Positions 1 through 9,691 of a stretch of 64,000 bases of DNA are shown here, in pieces. This stretch comes from an uncultured Planctomycetales bacterium. GTDB lineage: Bacteria > Planctomycetota > Planctomycetia > Pirellulales > JAEUIK01. The stretch covers positions 882-64,881 of the forward strand of contig CALKYM010000053.1 in assembly GCA_938003525.1 (NCBI GenBank). Reading direction: 5' to 3'. A program made the position numbers and the translations under genes. Each line of letters begins with the position of its first letter. Position 1 is the stretch's first letter. Below the pieces are notes generated by a model that saw only the letters and a list, made by a program, of their open reading frames with translations, was not told where the DNA came from and did not search any database.

Positions 1-311
1 ACCATCGCCTGGTCAGTACCCGCCGGTGTGGGCTCGCCGCGAAACTCCTGGCGGATCAGTTCTTGGGCATTGAATACCTCGCCGCTGGCATCGATGTAGA
101 TGCCTTCCTCGGTCCACAGTCCAAGGAGCCCCTCGCCGTCTCCAGTGGCTACAGCTTCTATGTAGGCCTGGCCGGCCGCGCGAATCGCTGCTTCTTCCTC
201 TGCTGCGGCTTCCGGTACCTCAGCGGCTTGCGCGGCTGCCACGAACAGGAAAACAAGGGCAGTCGCCGCCACCATCTGATGCCCAATATAGCGCCTCGAA
301 CGGTTCCGCAT
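1..311 (-). CDS. NTF2-like (SnoaL/DUF4440-type) secreted protein, truncated by the left window edge
   Basis: Not in the ORF track because it is open at the edge. Manual minus-strand translation from ATG at 311 gives MRNRSRRYIGHQMVAATALVFLFVAAAQAAEVPEAAAEEEAAIRAAGQAYIEAVATGDGEGLLGLWTEEGIYIDASGEVF... This is a signal peptide followed by the first-helix pattern typical of DUF4440/SnoaL-like domains. Confidence 0.5.
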   Translation of the reverse strand, partial: MRNRSRRYIGHQMVAATALVFLFVAAAQAAEVPEAAAEEEAAIRAAGQAYIEAVATGDGEGLLGLWTEEGIYIDASGEVFNAQELIRQEFRGEPTPAGTDQAM

Positions 312-641
312 GACGAGGGTCACTCCGTGAAAATCTTGTCGCGATGCCTGAATGCAACACCCTTATTGTAGCTTGGCCTCCCTGGGCTGTCGGGAATCCC
401 CGGACGGCGGCTATTCGTTTGCGAGTCGCCAGCGCAGTCCGCAGCGGGTGGCCACAACGCCGCTGAGGGTCGCAATCTGGGACGCAAAAATGCAGCAAAC
501 CGCCTCGCGATGCCAGAGTGGGCGCTGTCTGTGAGTGTCGGTGGGGCAGCCGAATGTTCTCAGAACTGCGGTGGCCCGAACCCCACGATTTCGGTACAAG
601 TCGCAGCCCCAAAGTCGCCACCGCCTTTAAGGAACCCGCCC

Positions 642-1376
642 ATGCACCGCCACTCGCTGATGGTCGTCCTAACCGGAAAGCTGCTGGCAGTAACTGGTCT
701 AGCGATGACTGGCAATGCCGCCGAGGAAGCAGAGCCCGCCCCGGTCGGTCAACGTGCCGATCAGCAGATCGCGATCAGCGTGCAACTGGTCGAAGTCAAC
801 CGCACCAAACTGCAGATGTTGGGAGTTGATCTGCTGACGCCAGAAGATGAAGGCGACGAAGACGCTTCATTCAGACTAAGTCGACTGGACAAGGAAGCTG
901 AGCAGAAGCTGGCCAAGCTGCTCAATCTCTTGAGCGATCAGAAACTGGTCAGGACTTTGGCCGCCCCGACCGTGACCACGATGCCGGGGCGCCAGGCCTC
1001 TTTCGAAGTTGGCGAGAACACTGAAGCCCAATGGCGTGGCCAGCGTTTGCCCTACTTCATCGGCACGAAGCTCGATGTTCTGCCGCAGGTGCTGGAAGGC
1101 GGACGCATCCAAGTCGAACTCGACCTGCGATTCAGCGAACCGGCGCCGGCATCTCGCCAGACAGACGACGCCAGACCGCGCTATCATGTGGTGTCGATCG
1201 AAAAAACTCTCGAAACGGCGTCTGGGCAGATGTGCGTCTCGAACGGCCACTTGCGGTGCCAAAGGCAAGGGGTGCGATACTCGGTCTTACTCCTGGTCAA
1301 GTCAGAGCTCGTTGCGGCGCCGCCACCCGGCGGGCCCGAGCGCGTCGCCGAATCGCTCGACACGAAGCGCGAGTAG
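642..1376 (+). CDS. short secretin-domain protein (type II/III secretion system protein family) with signal peptide
   Basis: ORF 510..1376, with the start moved to ATG 642 (AAGGAA 8 nt upstream). The N-terminus MHRHSLMVVLTGKLLAVTGLAMTG is signal-like. QIAISVQLVEVNRTKLQMLGVDL, LVRTLAAPTVTTMPGRQASFEVGE and GTKLDVLPQVLEGGRIQVELDL follow the secretin-domain pattern. Confidence 0.6.
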   Translation: MHRHSLMVVLTGKLLAVTGLAMTGNAAEEAEPAPVGQRADQQIAISVQLVEVNRTKLQMLGVDLLTPEDEGDEDASFRLSRLDKEAEQKLAKLLNLLSDQKLVRTLAAPTVTTMPGRQASFEVGENTEAQWRGQRLPYFIGTKLDVLPQVLEGGRIQVELDLRFSEPAPASRQTDDARPRYHVVSIEKTLETASGQMCVSNGHLRCQRQGVRYSVLLLVKSELVAAPPPGGPERVAESLDTKRE

Positions 1377-1469
1377 CTGTTTGTTAAACGCAATGGCGCC
1401 GGCGAGCCCAGGGGAAGAGACCGGGCATTGCTCTGGGAGATCACGCGCTCTGACTGTTGTCACCCGGAA

Positions 1470-1976
1470 CTACTTCTTCTTCCGCGCAGCAACCTCCCTG
1501 GCCGGGCGCTTGTGCCGCGCGGTCGTGCCTTCGAGCGCCGACTCGTAGAAGGCGATGAACTTCTTGACCGGCACGCGCTTGATCGCCTGGCCGATCAGCT
1601 TCAAGGGCAGGTCTTCGAGCTTCTTGAACCGCACGCACGACTTGCCCATGTCAAGCTTCTTGCCAGTCTTGGCCCACGCAGTGCGGAACCAAGCCTGGTG
1701 CTCGGGATCGCCGTACACGCACGTCATGTACACCGACATGTAGTTCTTCTGCGAAGCCAGCGCCGCGTAGGGGAGCGGCTGTTTCGGATCGCAATGGTAC
1801 CCGGGCGGGTAAATGCTGTGCGGCACGTAGTAGCCGATCATGCCGTACTGCATCCCCTCTTCGTAGCCGACCGGCAAGGCGTCGAGAATCACACGCCGCA
1901 CCGCCTGAATGGCCTCTCGGCGATCGTCGGGCAATTCGGCGAGATACTGCTTGACAGTTGTGGCTTTGCTTTGCAT
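1470..1976 (-). CDS. DUF1801 (YdhG-like) domain protein
   Basis: 168-aa ORF with ATG at 1976. MQSKATTVKQYLAELPDDRREAIQAVRRVILDALP ... MIGYYVPHSIYPPGYH matches the DUF1801 family pattern. Confidence 0.75.
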   Translation of the reverse strand: MQSKATTVKQYLAELPDDRREAIQAVRRVILDALPVGYEEGMQYGMIGYYVPHSIYPPGYHCDPKQPLPYAALASQKNYMSVYMTCVYGDPEHQAWFRTAWAKTGKKLDMGKSCVRFKKLEDLPLKLIGQAIKRVPVKKFIAFYESALEGTTARHKRPAREVAARKKK

Positions 1977-2021
1977 GGGACGAAACCGCGGGAGTAGGGA
2001 CTGTTCGCGCAGGTGCTACGC

Positions 2022-2504
2022 CTAATCGTCGCCCTCCTGTTTCGGCATACCGTAGTCCTTCCAGACTTGGATATTACCGCTCTTGACGAGGAAGAAGCCG
2101 GCCACGCTGAAGTGCATGGCGGGCTTGTCGTCCTTGCGGTAGAAGTGATCGATGCGCTCGTTGATCACGAGGTTGCCGATCGCATGCGACCGTAGTATCT
2201 CCCACTCGGCGCGCTCGACGTCCGCCAGGAACGGCTGCAGCCGCTGCTCGAACGCTTCGCGGCCCTCGATCAGAGGCATGCCTTCGAAAATCTGGTAGAC
2301 GACGTCTTCGGCCAGATAGCCCGAGAGCGTCGGCAAATCGAGCGTGGCCCACGCCGCACAAAAGTCGTTGACGAGTTTCTCGTTGCCCGCTTCGATCGGA
2401 TTGGGTTCCGCATCATCGGCGAGAGCGCCCGAGGTGAGTGTCGCCAGCGCACCGACACCTCCCAGTGCAAGTAGTTCACGGCGCGACGTTCGGTTAATGG
2501 TCAT
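2022..2504 (-). CDS. SnoaL-like / limonene-1,2-epoxide hydrolase-like protein with Tat-type signal
   Basis: ORF 2022..2507; ATG at 2504 is preferred over TTG at 2507. SRRELLALGGVGALATL looks like a twin-arginine signal. NDFCAAWATLDLPTLSGYLAEDVVYQ and IDHFYRKDDKPAMHFSVAGFFLVKSGNIQVWKDY fit the NTF2-like fold pattern. Confidence 0.65.
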   Translation of the reverse strand: MTINRTSRRELLALGGVGALATLTSGALADDAEPNPIEAGNEKLVNDFCAAWATLDLPTLSGYLAEDVVYQIFEGMPLIEGREAFEQRLQPFLADVERAEWEILRSHAIGNLVINERIDHFYRKDDKPAMHFSVAGFFLVKSGNIQVWKDYGMPKQEGDD

Positions 2505-3069
2505 CAATTGGTTTCTCTCTTCAAATGGGCCAGCTCAGGGCAGCAGAACAACGGCAGATCAAACGGGCTGCGAACTTAAGAATCGTAACCCGCCCGCACA
2601 ACCTTGTGAATCTCCAACGCGCGCGATGGCACACGCCTCTACGCGACGGTGGCCGCGCCTACGGCCGACGTCGTGAAAGGGCGGGGCAACCGTCATAGGT
2701 CGTGGCCGTCGATGCGCGAAGATGTCCCCTTTCAGCGCAGAAGAATGGCCTGCTCGAACGTGGTTTCGATGGCCGCCACGACCCGATCGACCGTGCCCCA
2801 TCTCTTCCGCCGGTTGGAGAGGGCTGGTGTCCTGGCGGCTGATGTGTTGCCGATGGCGGTCGCGTCGAACGGGCGGTCGTGGGTTAAGTGCGGGGAAAAC
2901 CGCGCGGGCGAGCGGCTCTGCGCATTCGCGTGACGCCGCGGCGTGCGTCGCGTTGTCAACGGGCAGCGGACGCGCTACAAAGCACTATCCTACTGTATGT
3001 AGCTGCCCGGTGAGATGATCCGCAGCTCGCATACCACCGAATCAGACCGGCTAACTTTCGGAGTCCGCC

Positions 3070-4707
3070 ATGGCCACCACCGAAGTTCCTCCTGGCGAAC
3101 CGGCTGCATCGACGGGCGGTCGACGCGCGCTGTTTCCGATCATTGTGGCGGCGGTGGCCGCTGTTCTGATCGCCGTGTTGTGGTTCTTGCCCGAGAACCT
3201 CGCCATGCGGGGCCTGCCGATGACGGCCACGGTGCTGTTGATCGTGCCCTTGAGTTTGATCGCGATCGGAGTTTGGTTTTTCTGGCTGGCCGGTTTCAGC
3301 GGGCGAACGCGCATCGGTGGCGGAGTGATTGCCGTGCTGCTAATCGCCGGCTTCTTCGGCTCGCTGCGCGGTGTGGAGTTCAGCGGCGAGATGGTGCCGA
3401 CGTTTCTGTTTCGCTGGGATCCCGATCGCAGGACGCTCCTTGAACAACACCGCGCGGCGATGGCGGCCGACCTGACGCCGCTTACTGAAGATGACCTGAC
3501 CATCGGGTCGCTCGACATGGCGGAGTATCGCGGCGCCGCGCGCGACGGTGTCGTAGGTGGACCGCCGCTGTCGCGCGAGTGGTCGGCGCAGCCACCTGAG
3601 AGGCTGTGGCGACAACCGGTCGGCGGAGGCTACGCGGCGTTTGTCGTCGTCGGTCCGGTGGCGATCACGATCGAACAGCGTCGGGACCAGGAGGCCATCG
3701 TCGCTTACGACACAGAGACTGGCTACGAACGCTGGATTTACGAGTATCCCGCTTTCTTCCAGGAACCGGCGGGCGGCGATGGTCCGCGCGCGACGCCAAC
3801 AGTCTCTGACGGCAGGGTCTATTCCCTCGGTGCGACGGGCGAGCTGGTGTGCCTCGACGCGTTCGACGGTCGCCTGATCTGGGATATCAATGTCCTCAAG
3901 GCGAACGGCGTCGAGAATCTTGTGTGGGGCATGAGCGGTGCGCCGCTGGTGCACGACGGTCTGTGCATCGTCAATCCCGGTGCGCAGGAAGACGTGCCGG
4001 ACTCGCGCGCCGTGTGGGCGTTGGATGCTGCCAGCGGCGAAGTGCGTTGGAAATCGGGACGCGGCAAGGCGGCCTATGCCTCACCGATGATTGCCACGAT
4101 GGCTGGCCAAGAACAGATCTTGATCTTCGATGCGGTCGGGCTGGCCGGTTTCGATCTCGCAGGCGGCAAGCAACTGTGGTCGCATCGCTGGTGGAGCATG
4201 AACGACATCAACGCCGCTCAGCCGCTGGTTCTGCCCGGCGACCGCGTGTTCATCTCCTCGGATTCCGGCGGTGCGGTCTTGCAAATCGCCCACGACAGTG
4301 CGGCAGCCGACGCCGAGGACGACGCATCAGGCGAGGGACAAAGTTGGCAGGTCGACGAAGTGTGGTCGAACAACCGCATGAGTTGCGCATACGCGAATCC
4401 GGTCTACCGCGACGGCTACATCTACGGCCTGAATCGCGGCATCCTGGCCTGCGTCGACGCCGAGACCGGCAAGCAAATCTGGAAGAGCGGCCGCTACGGC
4501 CACGGACAACTCCTGCTGTCCGATGAGCTGCTGGTCGTGCTCTCCGAGCAAGGCGAACTGGTGCTCGTCAAAGCCACACCCGAATACAGCGGCGAACTGG
4601 CCAAGCTCCAAGCGGTAGAAGGCAAGACTTGGAACAACCCGACGCTGGCGGACGGAATTCTCTACGCCCGCAACCACATCGAAATGGCCGCATACGATCT
4701 GCGGTGA
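3070..4707 (+). CDS. PQQ-like beta-propeller repeat protein (BamB-like) with N-terminal transmembrane segments
   Basis: 545-aa ORF with ATG at 3070. The N-terminus carries 3-4 hydrophobic helices. Propeller blade motifs repeat: DGRVYSLGATGELVCLDAFDGRLIWD, AVWALDAASGEVRWK, GLAGFDLAGGKQLWS, GILACVDAETGKQIWK. Confidence 0.75.
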   Translation: MATTEVPPGEPAASTGGRRALFPIIVAAVAAVLIAVLWFLPENLAMRGLPMTATVLLIVPLSLIAIGVWFFWLAGFSGRTRIGGGVIAVLLIAGFFGSLRGVEFSGEMVPTFLFRWDPDRRTLLEQHRAAMAADLTPLTEDDLTIGSLDMAEYRGAARDGVVGGPPLSREWSAQPPERLWRQPVGGGYAAFVVVGPVAITIEQRRDQEAIVAYDTETGYERWIYEYPAFFQEPAGGDGPRATPTVSDGRVYSLGATGELVCLDAFDGRLIWDINVLKANGVENLVWGMSGAPLVHDGLCIVNPGAQEDVPDSRAVWALDAASGEVRWKSGRGKAAYASPMIATMAGQEQILIFDAVGLAGFDLAGGKQLWSHRWWSMNDINAAQPLVLPGDRVFISSDSGGAVLQIAHDSAAADAEDDASGEGQSWQVDEVWSNNRMSCAYANPVYRDGYIYGLNRGILACVDAETGKQIWKSGRYGHGQLLLSDELLVVLSEQGELVLVKATPEYSGELAKLQAVEGKTWNNPTLADGILYARNHIEMAAYDLR

Positions 4708-4946
4708 GGGCCATTGGACAGCGCGGCGTCCGACCGTGCCAACTCTGAACCGCGGCGTATGTAGCATGGATCTGTCGGTATCGCGGAGGGCCCGTTTCAA
4801 CCTGCGTCGCCGTGCTCAGCAATTCTGCTGAATTGCGGCGTATCGCCGCCTCCCGGTGGCCCGCCCGGCAGCGCTACCCCCACTACGACTCCTCTCTATC
4901 CGGTGTACCATATTAGGCTTGGCCCCTTGGGTGCCGCTGTTGCCGA

Positions 4947-7331
4947 TTGCCCGCCAGAGAGAGACTGTCGTTGGATTCGCTGCCTCCATCGACGAAAGCG
5001 ACGACCTCCGACCCGAGCAGCCCCGTGCGCCGGCGGGCGTTGGTGGCGTGTGCCATCGCAGTCGTCATCGCCCCGTTTGCCGTCTACGGTGCTTTGCGGG
5101 CGATGGCGGACATGCACAACGACGTCTTGCAGTGGACGGCCGCCGAACTCGAGTCCAAACAGCGGTTCGAGTGGTTCGCCGAACACTTCGAGGGCCAGGA
5201 GCTGATCTTCGTCTCCTGGCCCGGCTGTGTGCTCGATGATCCACGGCTCGACACCTTCGCCGACCAGTTGCGGGAGCTGGCCCGAGAGAGCCCGTCGGGC
5301 GACCGGCCGGCCGTGGTCGAAAGCGTCACGACCAGCGCGGACGTGTGGCGCGAGCTGACCGGGCCGCCGGCCAGCTACTCGCAGCAGGACGTCGTCCGAC
5401 GTCTGCGCGGGACGTTGTTGGGTCCCGATGGGCAAAGCAGTTGTGCGCTCGTCGTGCTCGCCAAGGGTGAAGGTGCCCGAGGCCCCGAAGCACTGGCGCT
5501 GGTGCGCGCGGCCGCAGAACAAGTTGCGGACCTCACAGCCGATGATCTGAAGCTGGCCGGCTATCCCGTGCAGATGGCGGCGGTCGACGACGCCAGCCGC
5601 ACGACGCTCTTCACGCTCGCCGTGCCCGCGGGAGTGCTGGTGCTGCTGGCCGCGTGGCTCTTCTTGCGCAACGTCACGTTGACGCTCGCCATCGGCGTGT
5701 TGGCCGGGCTTTCGCAAGCCGTGGCGGTGGCGCTGGTGTTCTACCTGGGCGAGCCGATGAGCGGCATGTTGGCCATCATGCCTGTGCTGGTGTTTGTGAT
5801 TTTTGTCTCCGGCGCGGTGCACCTCATCAACTACTACACCGACGCCGCGCGGCACGTCGCGCCACTGGAAGCTCCCAACGAAGCGTTGCGCGTGGGCGGA
5901 TTTCCGTGTTTTCTCGCCATCGGCACGAGTGCGTTGGGCGTGGCATCGCTGGCGGTGAGCCGCATTCAACCGGTGCGGGCGTTTGGGTATCTCACGAGCA
6001 TCGGGCTGCTGGTTACCGTGGCGGTGCTGTTGACGCTGTTGCCCGGCGTGTTGCTGCTCAAATCGCGGCGCGCGGTGGCGCTGGGCCGCTCGCTCGAACG
6101 AGAGCCGAGCCTTGCCGTGCAGGCGCTGTGGACGAAGCTCTCGCAGTGGGTGGTCCGCTGGCGGCTGCCGCTGCAGCTTGTGAGCCTGGCATTGGCCGTC
6201 GTGTGCGCCATCGGGCTGCGGCACGTTCAGACCTCGATGCAGATCGGCGATTTCTTCACCGACAACAGTCGCATCATTCGCGACTACAAGGCTTTGGAAA
6301 CGCGCCTCGGACCACTGTTCCCCTCCGAAGTCCTGCTCCGCTTCGACGCCGACACCACGCTCGACATGCACGACCGTCTGCGGCTGGTGGCGGCGGTCGA
6401 AGACGCGCTCCGCGCCGAACTCCCCCAAGCGGCAACCGTATCGGCCGTCACGTTCACCGAACGGCCGATCACCGGCCGCGGACTGCGCAGCTCGGCGCGG
6501 CGTGGCATCGTGGCCCGCAAGCTCGAGCAGCATCGCGATGAGTTGATCGACAAGAAGTACCTGGCCGTGATTGAGGGCTACGAGTATTGGCGCGTGACGG
6601 TCCGACAGTCCGCGCTCGACGATCGCACGCTGCACGACAAACTGGCCCAATTGCGAGTGACCGTTCGCGGCGCGCTCGATGCGCACGTCGAAGACGGTTC
6701 CGATCAAGTCACGGTGATCCACACCGGCCTGCTGCCGCTGGTGGCCGACGCGCAACTGGAGCTGTTGCGCGGCCTGGTACTCAGCTTCGCCACATCCGTC
6801 GTGCTCATCAGCGGCGCGCTGGTCGTCGGCCTGCGGAGTCTTCGCCTCGGAGTCCTCTCGACGCTGCCCAACTTCTTCCCCATCGTGATCGTCTTCGGCG
6901 GGCTCGGTTGGATCGGCGAGCGGATTGACGTCGGCACGATGATGACCGCCAGCATCGGACTGGGCATCGCCGTGGACAACACCGTCCACTTTTTGGCCTG
7001 GTTCCGCCGCGCGGTCTCCCAAGGGCGATCGAACGTGCAGGCAGTGCGGACCGCCTACCTTCGCTGCGGCAACGCCATCGTCCGCACGACGGTGATCTGC
7101 GGCACCGGGCTCATCCTCTTCGGGCTGAGCAGCTTCGGCCCGGCACGGCAGTTCGGCCTGGCCACCTGCTGGCTGCTGGCCGCCGCACTCGCCGGCGACC
7201 TGCTGCTGCTCCCAGCACTACTCGTCGGCCCGCTCGGCAAGCTCGTCGTCTCCAAACGCACCAAACCTACCCCCGCCTGGACGCAAGTTGCGGAAGGTAC
7301 CAACGAGCCGCTGGTCGACGCGCATCGGTAG
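4947..7331 (+). CDS. MMPL/RND-superfamily transporter (HpnN-like)
   Basis: 794-aa ORF. It has two blocks of about 5-6 hydrophobic helices separated by soluble loops, which is the RND/MMPL architecture. The exact start is uncertain (TTG at 4947). Confidence 0.75.
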   Translation: MPARERLSLDSLPPSTKATTSDPSSPVRRRALVACAIAVVIAPFAVYGALRAMADMHNDVLQWTAAELESKQRFEWFAEHFEGQELIFVSWPGCVLDDPRLDTFADQLRELARESPSGDRPAVVESVTTSADVWRELTGPPASYSQQDVVRRLRGTLLGPDGQSSCALVVLAKGEGARGPEALALVRAAAEQVADLTADDLKLAGYPVQMAAVDDASRTTLFTLAVPAGVLVLLAAWLFLRNVTLTLAIGVLAGLSQAVAVALVFYLGEPMSGMLAIMPVLVFVIFVSGAVHLINYYTDAARHVAPLEAPNEALRVGGFPCFLAIGTSALGVASLAVSRIQPVRAFGYLTSIGLLVTVAVLLTLLPGVLLLKSRRAVALGRSLEREPSLAVQALWTKLSQWVVRWRLPLQLVSLALAVVCAIGLRHVQTSMQIGDFFTDNSRIIRDYKALETRLGPLFPSEVLLRFDADTTLDMHDRLRLVAAVEDALRAELPQAATVSAVTFTERPITGRGLRSSARRGIVARKLEQHRDELIDKKYLAVIEGYEYWRVTVRQSALDDRTLHDKLAQLRVTVRGALDAHVEDGSDQVTVIHTGLLPLVADAQLELLRGLVLSFATSVVLISGALVVGLRSLRLGVLSTLPNFFPIVIVFGGLGWIGERIDVGTMMTASIGLGIAVDNTVHFLAWFRRAVSQGRSNVQAVRTAYLRCGNAIVRTTVICGTGLILFGLSSFGPARQFGLATCWLLAAALAGDLLLLPALLVGPLGKLVVSKRTKPTPAWTQVAEGTNEPLVDAHR

Positions 7332-7367
7332 GGCGGAGAAGGTGAAACAGGCGGACGCCACATCCAC

Positions 7368-8387
7368 CTAGATGGCCGCGTAGCGCAGCGCTGGATTGTC
7401 TTCGCGTTCGACTTCGTCGAGGTTGGTGACGGCCAGTTGGCCGCGCTGGTAGAGATACTCGACGTGGGCGCCGACTTCTTCCAGAGCCAGCAGGATGTTG
7501 AAGCCTTTCACCTGAGAGTACATCTGCTTCGAAATGTCACTGATCGTCGGCGGCTCGTCGGCCGCGCGGACCTGGTCGAGCACCTTTTCCAGCTTGCGAT
7601 TGTGGCTGGCGTGAATCTCGTCGATCCGCTTGTAGACGTCCTGAATCGGATCTTCGTGGCCACCCAATGCCAGATCGAATCCGCCCATCGACCGCACGCG
7701 GGCCAGCGCGTCGAGATAGTGGCCCAAGCCCGTGTACGCCGTGATGCTTTCCGGTGCCTGGTGCGGTGTGGTGCGTGACAAGATGTGATCGGCACTGAGC
7801 AGCACGTCGCCGATCATGACGCAGACCTGGCCAGGGCAATGTCCGGGGGCATGGATGAAGCGCAGTCCGTCAAACTCATCGCCGTCGGCCAGCGTGCGGT
7901 CGACGGTCACGCTGCGGACGTGCTTTTTGGAAAAACCGTACATTTCCATCAGCGTCTGCTGGAAATCGGGCCGTACGCCCGCCCATTGCAGATAGACCCG
8001 CAGCGCCTTGGTGGCTACGATCACGCGCTCTTCGTAGGCCGTGAGCACGCGACGATCGAGCTCGTGAATGTATACCTCCGCATCGATGCGGTCGACCAGC
8101 GTTGACAATCCGCCGAAGTGGTCGATGTGGCCGTGCGTGAGAATCACCCGGCGGATGTCTTCTAGCGCGACCGCCTCATCGAACTGCTCGCGGAGGCTGG
8201 CGATGCCATCGAACAAGTGATCGTTCGACTGGCCATAACCGCTGCCCGTATCGACCAGCGTGGGCGGGCCCGCTTCGAGCAGCAGGTAGACATAGGCAAT
8301 GAAGCCCGGAAACGCCTCGCACGGAATGCGGTAAATCCGCACGCCCGTATTGCTCACGAAACGCTCAATGGGGGGAAGCGACGACAT
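7368..8387 (-). CDS. MBL-fold metallo-hydrolase
   Basis: 339-aa ORF with ATG at 8387. It carries the metallo-beta-lactamase motif ILTHGHIDHFGG and a later HAPGHCPG. Confidence 0.85.
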   Translation of the reverse strand: MSSLPPIERFVSNTGVRIYRIPCEAFPGFIAYVYLLLEAGPPTLVDTGSGYGQSNDHLFDGIASLREQFDEAVALEDIRRVILTHGHIDHFGGLSTLVDRIDAEVYIHELDRRVLTAYEERVIVATKALRVYLQWAGVRPDFQQTLMEMYGFSKKHVRSVTVDRTLADGDEFDGLRFIHAPGHCPGQVCVMIGDVLLSADHILSRTTPHQAPESITAYTGLGHYLDALARVRSMGGFDLALGGHEDPIQDVYKRIDEIHASHNRKLEKVLDQVRAADEPPTISDISKQMYSQVKGFNILLALEEVGAHVEYLYQRGQLAVTNLDEVEREDNPALRYAAI

Positions 8388-8558
8388 GCGTGATGGTCGG
8401 ACGAGAATCTGCGTGAGAGGTCAAGGACACGCCTTGGCGGCGAGCCGCTTGAGTTCTAGCAGCCGCGCTCAGCGGCCACAACCGGGGAGGGTGCGCATGC
8501 TAAAGCCCATCGATGAATCATTTCCGAAACCGGCGAATGCCTGCGCGTGCCGCCGCGT

Positions 8559-9377
8559 TCACTTGAGGCTGAACAGGCTGTCGTCCGGATCGACGTTGAT
8601 CTCGATGTTGGTGTACTTGGAGTCCCGCACTAGCACGTCGCCCTCGAATTCTCGGCGGCGGACGAAGATGTGTGCCTGTTTGTCGATCCAGTACTCGCGC
8701 CGTGTAACTTCCGACATCTCGGGATGGGCGTTGGTGGCGATGACGTAACAGGGCGAACCTTCGTACACTTCGTCGTCCAGCCGCACCAGCTCCCAGCCGG
8801 CTGCCATCTCGTCGCGGGCTTCTTGAATCTCGTTACCCCAGGACGAATCGAAGAAGCGTTGTCCGCGCAGATTGCGAATGCGCTCGTCGTCGGGTTCGAG
8901 CGTCAGGATGATTGCCGACAGCAGACCACCCCTCCGGCCGTGGATCACACCTTCGGCATTGTAGGTCGCCGTCGAACCTTCTTGGTCTCCTTCGATCTCC
9001 GTGCTGCGATACAGGCTCGGGCGTTTGAAGACGTAGTCCAGCACGCGATGCTGCGTCTCGTCGCCTCGTCGCGTGAAGACGTCGGCGGTGAGATGATAGT
9101 CCTGAATCTCCTCCCAACGTGACGCCGCCAGCTCGAAGATCTCCTCGGCAGTCAGCTCGGGCGGTGCTTCCGTCTCGTCTGAACTGCTCGCAGTATCGTC
9201 TGCCTCGCCGGCTTCGCCCGCATCTGGTTCAACGATCAAGTCGTTTGGATCGACGGCGCGGTTGCGTAACGCCTCGAGTTCGCGCTGCTGCGCCGCGCTG
9301 TTGGACATGAGGAATGCGGTCGCGCCACCGACAACGAGCAGCACGAGCACAATGACAAGGAGTACGGAACGTTTCAT
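8559..9377 (-). CDS. membrane-anchored LolA-like / outer-membrane lipoprotein-sorting family protein
   Basis: ORF 8559..9497, with the start moved to ATG 9377 (MKRSVLLVIVLVLLVVGGATAF is a signal/anchor). An acidic linker is followed by a beta-rich domain (YRSTEIEGDQEGSTATYNAEG ... EYWIDKQAHIFVRRREFEGDVLVRDSKYTNIEINV) typical of LolA-fold DUF proteins. Confidence 0.5.
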   Translation of the reverse strand: MKRSVLLVIVLVLLVVGGATAFLMSNSAAQQRELEALRNRAVDPNDLIVEPDAGEAGEADDTASSSDETEAPPELTAEEIFELAASRWEEIQDYHLTADVFTRRGDETQHRVLDYVFKRPSLYRSTEIEGDQEGSTATYNAEGVIHGRRGGLLSAIILTLEPDDERIRNLRGQRFFDSSWGNEIQEARDEMAAGWELVRLDDEVYEGSPCYVIATNAHPEMSEVTRREYWIDKQAHIFVRRREFEGDVLVRDSKYTNIEINVDPDDSLFSLK

Positions 9378-9691
9378 AACTTGTCGATCCTGGTCAGCCG
9401 AGTCGAGGGCCCCCACAGCGTGCACGTTGCGTTCGGCGGAAAGCCGATCGCGCAGCAACAATCCGCCAACTCTCGCGTCAAATGACGCGGGAGTCAAATC
9501 TCGGCGCGGAGATGCAGCGGGTGAAGACCGGCAGAATACCTAGCCGGCCGAGTCACCGGATCCGGGTCTGCCGCGGCATCGGCATGCAGAATGATCCGCA
9601 CATCGGCACGGACAGGCCAGCCGCTTTTGAGCCGCCGCGAGCGGAATGTCACGACGTCATCAGCGACTTAGCGTCGGGCCTAACCATCCGG

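Noticed and set aside
2732-2959. 75-aa minus-strand ORF in the 560-bp gap between the SnoaL-like gene and the PQQ-propeller gene; its C-terminal part, WGTVDRVVAAIETTFEQAILL, looks protein-like
   Set aside because: The rest of the ORF is Arg/Thr/Pro/Ala low complexity. It has no start-site context and no recognisable family. It could be a gene remnant, but I cannot support it from sequence alone.
4896-7022. 708-aa ORF on the minus strand, one of the longest in the track
   Set aside because: It lies exactly antisense to the MMPL/RND transporter gene. The translation is Arg/Gly/His/Gln/Ala-rich low-complexity sequence with no motif or hydrophobic pattern. This is a typical stop-free shadow frame in GC-rich DNA.
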